DNA from: an uncultured virus (IMG/VR IMGVR_UViG_3300011361_000001)
Lineage: Duplodnaviria; Heunggongvirae; Uroviricota; Caudoviricetes
Strand: one strand, 5' to 3'
IMG/VR virus record: IMGVR_UViG_3300011361_000001
Coordinates: 124,001-188,000 of that record
Length of the DNA stretch: 64,000 nt
Position numbers and translations under genes: made by a program. Positions 19,141 through 29,800 of the stretch are shown one piece after another (position 1 is the first letter of the stretch; each line of letters begins with the position of its first letter). The notes under the pieces are model-generated. The model was not told the origin of the DNA, made no database searches, and saw only the letters and a list, made by a program, of their open reading frames with translations.

Positions 19141-19774
19141 GGTGATTCCCTTGAAAATTATTACAAACCTATATTATGTTTTCGAGCAGTACCTACGAAA
19201 ACTCTTTAATAGGCCTCGTATTGAGTCTGTTGAAGAATCCGTAAGTCGCATTCGTTCGGAACATACAGACAATGACTACCTTCATAGAAATGTAGTCTAT
19301 TGCCTTAAGCTTCTGCGTCTCTTGGACTTGGAAGACTTGAGGGGATACGTTGTGGCCACTGGGACTCGCATCCATTTGACCGCAGCACATCCCAATGCCT
19401 ACGACTTGATTCGGTTACTGAATCTTGCCAGTAAGCATATTTCGGCGAGTGAGCCTGTTGGAGAAAAGATTCAACGCAGTCGAGACAACCCCTTAAACTT
19501 AAGGCGTGTGACGTTGGATGACTATCTGGTCACCCCAGCTGATGCGCCCATTGTACCGTTGGAGGTATATAATGCTGTCATCTTACAATTGGAGTTTATC
19601 CAAAAAGGACTCACCAGCGCCGGCCTGACTCGTCAGGGCAGTGTCGATTATTACAATCGGCAACTCTCTCACCTGATGGGTGAAGTGGAGGCACTCACGC
19701 TGGCCTTTTTGGAGATACCCCATGTACGACAGAGAAAACCGCAGTCAGATGTTGGAGATACTCCACGATCCTGA
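19139..19774 (+). CDS. hypothetical protein (start uncertain)
   Basis: Long open frame; nearest in-frame starts are ATG 19139 and TTG 19151. Confidence 0.55.
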   Translation: MVIPLKIITNLYYVFEQYLRKLFNRPRIESVEESVSRIRSEHTDNDYLHRNVVYCLKLLRLLDLEDLRGYVVATGTRIHLTAAHPNAYDLIRLLNLASKHISASEPVGEKIQRSRDNPLNLRRVTLDDYLVTPADAPIVPLEVYNAVILQLEFIQKGLTSAGLTRQGSVDYYNRQLSHLMGEVEALTLAFLEIPHVRQRKPQSDVGDTPRS

Positions 19775-20228
19775 CAAGAAGATAGATGAGGCGCGCGATG
19801 TCTTAAGTAAGGCGTTTCGCACCATCTTGCGGGAGTCTCGGTTTAGCGTGATTGATTGGAACACCAACATGCCTCGGTATCTTGGTGCAGCGCGTAACCG
19901 TATTCCGCAAAATGGCAAGGACATGTCGTCCGCGCGTGGTAACTTGTCTAAAGAGCTGTCACGTAACACCATGACGTGGAACGTGTTTATGAAGGGCTTG
20001 TCTTTCATAGACCCGGTGTCTGCTAAAATCACCCTTGAAGTTGAGTTCGACAAAGAGAAGATCGTATTACCCATGACGATCTATCGGCGCGATCTCGGAC
20101 AACCCAAACCCAAACCCAGTCCGTACCAGATGGTGAACACGCCCCTGATTGATCCGCAAAGCCAAAAGCTTAACGAGAACATGGAGCGCATTCGTCGAAG
20201 CAGTATTGGCGATAAACTCTCTGGTTAG
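19722..20228 (+). CDS. hypothetical protein
   Basis: GGAG RBS before ATG 19722; followed by a GCAA hairpin plus TTTATGCC. Confidence 0.7.
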   Translation: MYDRENRSQMLEILHDPDKKIDEARDVLSKAFRTILRESRFSVIDWNTNMPRYLGAARNRIPQNGKDMSSARGNLSKELSRNTMTWNVFMKGLSFIDPVSAKITLEVEFDKEKIVLPMTIYRRDLGQPKPKPSPYQMVNTPLIDPQSQKLNENMERIRRSSIGDKLSG

Positions 20229-20276
20229 CAACCAAGCGCAGGGCAACCTGCGCTTTATGCCCTTTAAGGATTTGAT

Positions 20277-20735
20277 ATGGAACTGACACCCTTAGAAGAT
20301 GGGGTCACGCATTGCAATGTCTACAGTCGTGGTAAGACACGCCTAGGACGACTCCTGACTAACCCCTCACCGTTAGGTTTTGAACACCCCCACTTCGGAT
20401 ACTTCGACACAGCAGAAGGCTTGCACTTCTTCTTGAAGACCGGAATGATCGATTACGAGTACGCTAAGCTCTCAGGCTTTGAAGCCCGTAAGAAAGGCAA
20501 AGAAGACCACAAGCGTTACGTCCACAATCCCCAGTTCGATCACCTGATGCGCATTGGTTGGATTTGTAAGATCACCCAGAACCGTGACCTGCACTACTTA
20601 GTGCTCGACAACAAACTCCCGTTGGTGCACTACTACTTCTACGGCAAAGAAGACAACTGTAAGGTGATTGCTGACACCTCAGGCTTTGCAGATAAGCTTG
20701 CCAAGGTCTGTGACTTCATTGCAGGGCGTGAATAG
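20277..20735 (+). CDS. conserved jumbo-phage protein, possibly NADAR-like (phiKZ gp140-like)
   Basis: DGVTHCNVYSRGKTRLGRLLTN...F...FDTAEGLHFFLKTG; the LxN..F...FxxxEG pattern resembles NADAR-family proteins. Confidence 0.5.
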   Translation: MELTPLEDGVTHCNVYSRGKTRLGRLLTNPSPLGFEHPHFGYFDTAEGLHFFLKTGMIDYEYAKLSGFEARKKGKEDHKRYVHNPQFDHLMRIGWICKITQNRDLHYLVLDNKLPLVHYYFYGKEDNCKVIADTSGFADKLAKVCDFIAGRE

Positions 20736-20802
20736 TATGAGCGACACCTTTTAAAGCCAGGGACTTAGGTCCCTCTTTTTTTTTTGACCTTCGGAGTCCA
20801 CA

Positions 20803-21807
20803 ATGGCTTCTAAAAAGAGAATATCGTCACTGTTTGAATCGGGGCCTATTGACGACCTTCTGACGGTTGACGCCTACAAGATCAAGAAACACGAAACCTT
20901 AAACAACCTCCCGGACATCCTGAACAACGGAGCAGAGTCGGCGGTTGACAAACTCAAGAAGAACCCCCAGCTGATTAAGTCCCTCACCAAGGACCTTGAG
21001 AAGCTCTCTGCGGGCCGTATGTCCAAAGTGGACGTGCTGACTAACCTTGGCAAGAAACTCGGCGGAGGGAGCCTTACAAAGTCTCTGACAGCCGGTGTCC
21101 AAGGTAAGTTGTTTAAGACCATGGAAACCTTCGGGGTTAACTCTAATATCACCAAAGACTTGTTGGTGTTAGGGGGCGAGGGAATCAAGGCCTATACCCG
21201 TGGGGACTTCAATGACCTTAAGGGTATCTCGGATCTGGTTAAGCGCATCAGTGGACGGACCGATCTGTTTGAACTCTTTGACTTGGCCTCTGAAGTAGCC
21301 ACCTTCAGTACCATCTTGGAGTACTCGATCAAAGCAGGACTGACTGACCTGATTCCAGGACTGCTTAACACCGCTCGTGATGAACGCATTATCAAGAAGT
21401 CGTATGCGCTAAACGTACGGGTAACGATCACGCAGAGTAACCTAACACTCCTCAATCAGATCATCGACAAGATTGGGGTCGGTGGTGTATTGGCACAGGT
21501 ACCGGATGCGACCAAACAAATCCTGACGTTCTACAAGTCGCCTAGCCGTGGGGACGTTTCCAAGCGTGTCGAAGAGTTAACCCAACTGGTCAACACCTTA
21601 AATCGGATCAATAGTCAATGGGACGTCTACAACCGTAAGGGTGAGATCATTCCCGACTTGACACCCTTTGCCTACGCCTCCAAAGCGGCTAAGACGTTGC
21701 TTGGCAGTGACCCTCGTTGGCAACTGCATGTATTGGTGGCCCCTTTGTACCGCAATGAGAACCTCTCAACGCTGTACTTAAAGAACTACCCGAAAGTGGC
21801 TGTGTAA
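20803..21807 (+). CDS. virion structural protein (phiKZ gp139-like)
   Basis: N-terminal SLFESGPIDDLLTVDAY recalled as conserved in this family; GGAG RBS. Confidence 0.6.
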   Translation: MASKKRISSLFESGPIDDLLTVDAYKIKKHETLNNLPDILNNGAESAVDKLKKNPQLIKSLTKDLEKLSAGRMSKVDVLTNLGKKLGGGSLTKSLTAGVQGKLFKTMETFGVNSNITKDLLVLGGEGIKAYTRGDFNDLKGISDLVKRISGRTDLFELFDLASEVATFSTILEYSIKAGLTDLIPGLLNTARDERIIKKSYALNVRVTITQSNLTLLNQIIDKIGVGGVLAQVPDATKQILTFYKSPSRGDVSKRVEELTQLVNTLNRINSQWDVYNRKGEIIPDLTPFAYASKAAKTLLGSDPRWQLHVLVAPLYRNENLSTLYLKNYPKVAV

Positions 21808-21812
21808 CAGGC

Positions 21813-21847
21813 GGCATAAACAGGGCGGGGTGACCCGCCCTGTATGC
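21813..21847. terminator. bidirectional hairpin GGCATAAA...TATGC
   Basis: GGCATAAACAGGGCGGG-GTGA-CCCGCCCTGTATGC between convergent genes. Confidence 0.75.
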
Positions 21848-21849
21848 TG

Positions 21850-23832
21850 TCACAAACTCATACCCACAGCTTTGGCTGAGATCAGGCGAGCCGGAGCCGA
21901 ACCCATGACCCAGTTACTGAAGTGAGAAGCCGAGAACCAGGTCTTCATCGAGCTGAACTGACGCGTCATGTTGATGCGCAGCTTTTGCATGGTGTAGACT
22001 TGTTCGGCCAAGGACAAACTGGACAATGTAGCCAAGTAGTCGGAGTACACGGTATCTGAGTCAAAGAAGCCTTTGGCAAAGTCCGTACCTGCAGCCAGAC
22101 CCAGAGCACCACCAGCCCGACCAATGACCCCACCCACACTCGTTGCCGTAGCCGCACGGGCAGCCAGACCTGCAGCACCTGCAAGTTCAACTGAGTCACT
22201 TAGGTCAAAGCCTGCGGTGATCGGCATGTGCATGATCGAGGACAGATCCATCACACTGAAGCTTACGTTGATCCCGAGAGGTTTCATGTCACGGGTCCAA
22301 CCTAAGTTACCTTCACCGCGTGTGATCTGTAGGTTCTGGATCATCCCCAGACGCGTTTGCGTACGTCCTTTGTCATACACCTCACACAAGAAAGGACTGG
22401 TGTAGGATTGCTTACCGGTGGAGATCGGTAGACTACCTGCCAGCAACATGCTCAAAGGAATGAACAGGTCGACAAAGCGACTGTAGTCATTACCGTACGG
22501 CGTGCGCAGTTTGATCTGGTAATCTGACTTTGGTAGGTCCGCAGAAGAGCTGTCCCACATCTTTGGAATGTCGGCAATTGCAGAACCTGAGAATGCCAAC
22601 AGTCCTTGAAGGTTCACCGCCGAAGCCACACCTTCAATGAATGCACCGCCCATCTGGAGCATGTCGTCGATAAAGCCAATCCCTGTTTGACCGTCAGCTG
22701 AACTGAAACGCGCTTGACGGGCACCTGAAGACAGACCGTTCAACTTACTGGAGATCTCGGGTTCGGTGGCACTGTTACTGAAGGACTCAGACACAGTACC
22801 TGTGTGCTCGACGTGGAAGGTGACAAACTGAGAACCGTCCTCGTATTCGGCTTCGAAGAACTTCAAGGTTTTGTCTTTGAAGGACATCTTCTTACCGACC
22901 AGATCCACACTGCCATCGTCTTCGTTTTCCGAGCGGTCATTCAACGAGTGCCAGCTCTTGAGGTATTCCTCGTACGACTGAAAGCCACGCTGTGTGCTGG
23001 TGTAGCGACCTGAGTCCACCATCTGTTGGATCTTGGCTTGTACCGCTGCTGCGCTCTCACCGGTCTCCAGAGCCTTGTTCAACTCACGGCGTTGCTCGTT
23101 AGCCAAGCGCTGTGCACGAGAGGCCAAGGAGTAGACGTCAATCTCACCGGATTCGTGCCAGACCTCAGGGTTGAGCTTCTGGTAACGCTTACCTAAGTTG
23201 GCGGTGTATTCAGGTGAACCCTTAACGGTACTCTTTTCAGCATCCCCCATGATCCGAGGGACCAGACCCATGTTCACGGCAATGCCGTTGGCAATGGTGT
23301 TCACCGCGTTCCAATACAAAGGCATCGTCGGTTTCAAGTAGTAGTACTTGGACGTATCACGCCCCATCAGAAACTGCAAGGCTGTACCGGCTGCAGTAAA
23401 GAGCTGGATCGGCAACGGGAACAAGGTACCGGTGATCTTACCGAGCGAGAACGCCAAGTCATAGCTTCGACCCGTACGGGCCATTCGGGCCGCTTGTGGG
23501 TTGAAGAAGTTAAAGAAGAAGTTCAACAACGAGTTGAACTGCGGGACGCCAAAGCGCATGTGAATCAACTGTGCGCTGTCGTCAATCGCTTCGCTGTAGT
23601 ACCGACCCATACCCTTAGAGCCTGAGTACAAACTCGGCACGGGGATATCAGCAAAGCGTGTGAATTGGTACGGTGGGTTAATGGCGAAGTTGCCACCCAG
23701 CGTGGTATCGGTAAATTTGAACCGCGCATCGCTCAAAGTACGACGCAACGCATCTGAGTTTGAAATCGTACGTTTAGGCAGCATGAACGACTGTCGAACC
23801 CAGTCCACGTCACGCAAAGGAGAAGTCGACAT
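21850..23832 (-). CDS. virion tail/baseplate structural protein (phiKZ gp182-like)
   Basis: KFTDTTLGGNFAINPPYQFTRFADI..GMGRYYSEAIDD motif; lies directly downstream of the giant lysin gene as in phiKZ. Confidence 0.7.
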   Translation of the reverse strand: MSTSPLRDVDWVRQSFMLPKRTISNSDALRRTLSDARFKFTDTTLGGNFAINPPYQFTRFADIPVPSLYSGSKGMGRYYSEAIDDSAQLIHMRFGVPQFNSLLNFFFNFFNPQAARMARTGRSYDLAFSLGKITGTLFPLPIQLFTAAGTALQFLMGRDTSKYYYLKPTMPLYWNAVNTIANGIAVNMGLVPRIMGDAEKSTVKGSPEYTANLGKRYQKLNPEVWHESGEIDVYSLASRAQRLANEQRRELNKALETGESAAAVQAKIQQMVDSGRYTSTQRGFQSYEEYLKSWHSLNDRSENEDDGSVDLVGKKMSFKDKTLKFFEAEYEDGSQFVTFHVEHTGTVSESFSNSATEPEISSKLNGLSSGARQARFSSADGQTGIGFIDDMLQMGGAFIEGVASAVNLQGLLAFSGSAIADIPKMWDSSSADLPKSDYQIKLRTPYGNDYSRFVDLFIPLSMLLAGSLPISTGKQSYTSPFLCEVYDKGRTQTRLGMIQNLQITRGEGNLGWTRDMKPLGINVSFSVMDLSSIMHMPITAGFDLSDSVELAGAAGLAARAATATSVGGVIGRAGGALGLAAGTDFAKGFFDSDTVYSDYLATLSSLSLAEQVYTMQKLRINMTRQFSSMKTWFSASHFSNWVMGSAPARLISAKAVGMSL

Positions 23833-23865
23833 AAACTTACCTCAAAATGAAAAGAGAAAAAGAAA

Positions 23866-23889
23866 GGAGGGGAGTTGCCTCCCCTCCTG
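23866..23889 (-). terminator. intrinsic terminator
   Basis: Minus strand AGGAGGGGAG-GCAA-CTCCCCTCCT followed by TTCTTTTTCTCTTTT. Confidence 0.8.
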
Positions 23890-23897
23890 ACTTCAGG

Positions 23898-26800
23898 TTA
23901 ACTGACGCGTCGACGGAAGTTGATCGGCGTGAGTGTCGCCGGTGTGGCTTGTGCACGCTTGGCCGCTGTGGGAGCCGACTTAGCAGGATTGGTAGGCTCG
24001 GAAGCCTGCTGACCTGTTGCAAGGTGTTGGGCCATCTGTTGAATCCCGGCGTCGATGTTCTTAAGGCTTGCATCCATAGACATTTGTATCTCCAGCTGCT
24101 GTTTCATCAGTGCTTCGACTGCAGCTGTATTTGCCTCGGTTTGTTTGCTCACCTCAGTCGATTGACGCTGAGTATTCGCTGCACGTTGTGCAACCCGTTG
24201 CTGTTGTTCTACCACCGCCTCTGGTGTTACATTAGCCGGAGTCGGAGGAGCCAACAGGTTCGGCAGTTCCATCGTTGCGTTCAGTGCTGCACCCGGAGCA
24301 TTGCCTACCGGTTGGGCAGACGTGGGTCCTACCAACTTATTAACCAGCGGACTGGCAACAGGTGTGGTGTCTGGACCTACAGGTGCAAGGACGCTTGGTG
24401 TTACTTGGGCTTCAGTGCTCACTGGAACCGGGGTACTCGCTGTGTCTTGAGCAGACCCGACGACGTTCAGCGTAAACGAGCGACCGCTCATCTTCTGCAT
24501 GAACGAGGCCATGGCAGCCTTGCTCTCAATCACAGCACTTTGGTTGTTGACCCGACCACGGCCTAAGCCCAGCAGGATACAACCTTGTACGTCCGACTTC
24601 AGTCCTTTATCTACGTTGCCAGCGGTGTTACCGGCGTGGATCAGGATCGCTGACCGATTCGGTACACCTTTGACTTCGTAGCACGGACCAAACTTAGGTG
24701 AGTCCCGCATTTCCACTTTGTAGGTACCCGGTGGGATACACGACTTGCCTGTTTCGTTGTTACGCCACGGCAATTCCAAAGTGTTGAACGTAGACCCATC
24801 TGGTAGGGTGAGGATACCGTACGTACCGTCCTCTTGCGAAGTCTCTCGCATGAGCATGGCCTGTCCGGCGTCTTTAGCCTGTGTTGCAGTGACAGAAGGG
24901 TTGACAGGTTTAGGGCCACCACTGTAGCTACCGGTCGGTCCGGGTACCGAAGTACCTTGGTTAGGCTTAAGCACCCCAATAGGACCTGTGGTGTTCGCAG
25001 CAGGAGCAGACGCACCCGGTACTGTCATCATCGTGCCTATGGTCGACTGTGCCGGAGCATTCGTCCCCATGGAGGTCGGTGATGTCACACCTGGGATCAC
25101 AGGAGCCGAAGCCACTGTTTCCAGACGACCCAACCCAGCACTTGCACGAGCATCTTGACCGGCTGTGTTTCGCCAGTTAGACATGCGTGCATCTACCTCA
25201 GCATGGACTTGGGCAATGGTGCGCGCCTTACCGTCTTTACTGAAGAAGATCCCCTCGTTTTGTTTCGCAGCCGCCGGCAACACTTTAGCGGCGATTTCGT
25301 TTGGATTGGCTTCCAAGAACTTCTTCACGCCGGTAGGGCCAAAGAAGTGCGACAGGTACAGGTCGATGTCAGTGGCATCACGTCCGTAGGCTTGTTTAAT
25401 GCCTTTGGAGTTCTCCTTCAGATACTCAGCCCCCATCAACGCGTTAGCACGTGGATCGAGTACATCAGCATCTTCGGTCAGCCCGTATTTCTTCCCGTAT
25501 TTACGGAGCATGTCTTTCCACGTACCAGGCATGAACTGATACAGGCCTTTCGCGCTCCCCTGTGCCGCTTGAGCACGTCCTCGGAAGGTCGACTCCACCC
25601 CTGCCATGACGGCCATCAAACCAGGGTCAACCCCGGCCATTTGAGAGGCTGCCAGAATCAGGTCTTTGTACGAACTCCATTCACCATCAGGACCTGCTAC
25701 ACCCGGAAGGTTAGTCCACAACCCGCCTTGAGCTTCCATTGATGCAACCCGCATGCCACCACCGGTCTTACCTACTTCTGTGGAAACAGGCATGGAGCCG
25801 TACATCGCTTTTTGTAGCGGTGTGGCGTACGTTGCGTTGGGATTACCTACGCTACGTGCTGCGGCGAGTGACACTTGAGCTTTGGTGGTTTGACCTGGGG
25901 TCGGGGCACCAGTAGTCCCCTTGTTAGCATTTTGTTTCTCGTTTAGAATCGCGGTACGGGCGTCCTCTTCAAGCAACGTCATGAACGGTGCGATTGTTGA
26001 GGGGTCCATATTCGGTTCGTGACGATCAAACGGGATGTCGGCAATACTCCAGACCGACAAACGGTTTTCAGGTTTAGCGTCAGGGTTACTGACCGCTTGT
26101 GCCATGAAGCGAGCAATCTCAAGCACTTGTGGTGCTGCAAAACGCTCGTAGGCTTCGAACGGGTTACCATTCTTAGCAAACCCACGGACAGCGGTTAGGA
26201 ACGATAGGAAGACAGGTAGGAAGCGTTTAGAGAACCACTCACACCACATCTTCAACGTTTCTTCAGAATCGGTATTGGTCACAAACAACCCACCGACCTG
26301 TTTAAACAGAGACTTGGCATCTCCGTCCCATTTCGCTTGACCTTTACCTGAGTAGTTCACGTCTTTGATCAGCTGCTCTTCAAGCTTACTGATCGGACCT
26401 GCTTTGGCATATTCCATCACCGACAGGCCATAGAGACGATACCGAATACTCGTCAGTGGATCGATTTCCCGATTAAGGATCGACGGCACTTTGAACTCTT
26501 CGGTAAAGAACTTACCCTTGATCCATTCAAACATCGACTTGCCCAGACCTACGATCTTCTCAGCAGCTTTCACCGCCATCGACCCCATGATACCAATCGG
26601 GGTGAATTTGAGGATCTTCAAAGCTGTGTCTTTCACAGCTCCTAAGGCTTTAGCAAGCTTACCCGGCTCCTCGGTAGTAGCGCCTACAGCGGCCGCTGCT
26701 GCAGCCGATCCGGTTGCTGCTGCTTCTGCAGCCTTGGTTTCAGCGACACCCTTTTCGTATTCAACCTTAAGCTCTTTAAAGATTGAGACGATCTCATCAG

Positions 26801-29800
26801 TAGTCATGGTCAAACGTCCGTCTTGCATTGGATGGTCCAACGCCTCGTAAGCCCGGTCGTCTGGAAGCTTTACCACTTCCAAATACTTAAGTTTGTCCTC
26901 AACGCTTAGCTTCTCGTCGTTCTCATCCATCTTACCGTTGGGGGAGAATTTCTTAGTCGCGGCGTCGTGTGCCAAGTACACAGGTGTAAAGCGTGCATCA
27001 CACCACTTAGCAAACCGTTGGAACCCTTCTGGGTCATCCTTGCCGATGTTGAACATCTCCCGGATTTTATCTACGTCAAGCATTTGGAAGTCGATCAAAG
27101 GATCGGCACCGCGTGTCTTGACCGCAGGTTTAACCAGGTCTTCAAAGGCTAGGAGTTTGTCGACGTTGTCGTGATCATCAATGGCAAAACCGTACTGAGC
27201 CATCCGCAGTTTGAGCAGACCACCGCGCTGGTTTTTCTTGTGACGTTTATACAGCCACCACGCCCCAAAGCCCACCGCTGCAACCGCTGCTGCACCCAAG
27301 ACCACAGGTGCACTCAAGACACTGAGTACTGCGCCACCCACGGCTGCTGCACCAGAGGCAAGACCACCGAGTGCAGTACCGGCTGCTGTGAGCAAACCAC
27401 TACCGCCCATCATGGCTACCGTACCGATACCACGGGCTGCAATTCCTGCGCCACGACCGACCGCTTTACCCAATCGACCTAAACGACCACCTTTCTTTTT
27501 CCCATCAGGGGCGTCAATGCCGCCACTTAGGGCATCGGCTGCACCACGGATCATCGCCTTTTGAGCTAAGATCTGACCGAGCTTGGTAATGCCATTGTTA
27601 AGGGCTGCAGGAATCCCTGCAAGCAAACCTACCGCTGACATCAACAGACCCATCAGGCCGCCTTTCTTTTCTTTCTTTTCCTTAGGCTCAGGTTTGTCCT
27701 TGTTCTTCGCATCACGCGCGGCTTGTCGCTTAGCTGTGATCGCTTCCCAAGAACCGTCCCGCAAACCGTCCCCACTCAAGTCACCCTTAATACGTTTAGG
27801 TTTCAAGTCCCGAACGCCATCACGGATTTCTTCAAGCAGGAGAATCTGGTACTCGCCAATGACTTCCATCATTTCAGACGAGCCACCTTTACCAAGGCCG
27901 AGCTTACCGCCGATACCTTTAAGGCCGCCTTTCATAAAGCCGCCGATACCTTTGGCCAGACTCATCGCCCCGCGACCAAGTTTCTTAGCCCCGTCAATCG
28001 CCATGCCACCGTATTTCTTGGCCTTGTCAACAGCAGTCCCCAAAAGCCCGCGAGCGAGTTCCAGTTTTTGACCTGCCGAATCCATCATGCCTTTGGTGAG
28101 CATCTCAAGGGTAACAACCACGTTACCTTCAAGGTCGTAGACAGCGCCTTTGATATCAGTCCATTTGGAGATTACGGAACCATCGGCATTCTTGTAACCG
28201 CCTGCTTTCATTACCGAAGCAAGGATGATAGGCTCTTCACGTCCTGGGATATAAATGTCACGCGGTTTGTTAAACGCATCGCGCAGACTTTCCCCAAACT
28301 TCTTAGCCCCGCCTAACAGACCCTTTACCAACGACACAGGAGACTTTAAAATTCTCTTGGTGTTGTACCAGGCGTTACCGAGTCGCTTAGTGAAGCTTTC
28401 CTTCCACGGCTTACCATGGTTAGTCCACAACCCTTTGGCGAAGTCCTCAGCGGTGAGTACCATCTCTCCGGCACGGTCTTTGACAGGCCCTTTGATGTCT
28501 TCCCACTTCTGAATCACTTTCCCGGTTTTGGCGTCGATGTATTCACCCGCCTCCAGTTTAGCTTTGGTCAGCTTGGCTGCAAATTCACCACGAACGTAGA
28601 GTTCTTTGATGTCGTTGAACTTACCTGAGATTTTATCCCAGACATGCTTCAAGCCATCTTTTACTTTGTTCGCAGCCCACAGCGGTGACTTCAAGGTGTT
28701 GACCACCCCAGTCTTTGCCATACCAAAGAGGTTTCCTGCACCCTTGACCAAACGATTGTCTTTCAAGCCCTTAATGCGAGATCCGAGTCCCTTAAATTTC
28801 CCAGCCATGCGATCTTTAAGGGATTTAAACATCTGCGTACCGTCCACAGAAAATACCATCATCTGTCCGGACTGCATGTATTCGTAGATGCCGGCTAACA
28901 GCGCAATCTGTTCAGCCTGTTGTGCGTTTTGAGTGTGGGACTTAGTGATCTCAGCCACCAGCCGATCGTTCCCTTCCTTGACGGCTTGAATCAGACGATC
29001 GAACTCGTCTCCACAAACGCACTCTTCCACCTTAGCTTTTACCTCGGCCGCAGAACGTGGTCTGCTGCTCTGATTAGCGTGAGTGGGATTGAGACCACCG
29101 CCAGAGTTGCCTCCACCAGGGCCAACAGGACCAAACAGACTAGAAGCGACACGAGGATCACCACCTGTTTGATCAAATTTGTCACCAATACCCCCTTGCA
29201 CGAGCATATCGGTGATACGGTCGAAGTTAACCTGTCGGTCTTCATTCTCCCCTGTCACCAGACCGGCCCGACGCATATGTTCCAACCCACCGGCCTGCAT
29301 CGACAGCGCTTTGATCGCCTCTGCCGGGTTATTCAGGTAATCGCGGATGTTGTGGAACTTTTTGGATTGAGCATTTTGTTTAACGATGTCGTCCTTGGAT
29401 TCCAAGAACAAATCAGACAGCGCAATCCGGTCTTCATCAGACAGGCTGCTGTCGTCCCACCCGTCGACATCATAAAACTTTTTAGCATCGTAGTGACCGC
29501 TTAGGCGTGAAGCTTCAGAGATCATGCGGCGCTTCAAAGCCTTCTGGGCTGCCGGCGAAAGTTTGCTGGCATCGCCCCCTGTCAAGTCGCTGATCAGGGT
29601 GTCGGTTGCTTCATGAGTTTTCTTGAAATTGTCCTGAGAGAACAAAGACCCCACCAAGTTTTTGGTGATAGAGCCTGAGTCTCGGAACGATCCATCACGC
29701 AGGTCATACTCAACCCGTGCGATGCTGGAATCACCCGTACGGATAATGGCCAGTTCGTGGTGGATGCGTGAGAGGAAACCTGGAATAATGTCAGTCAGCG

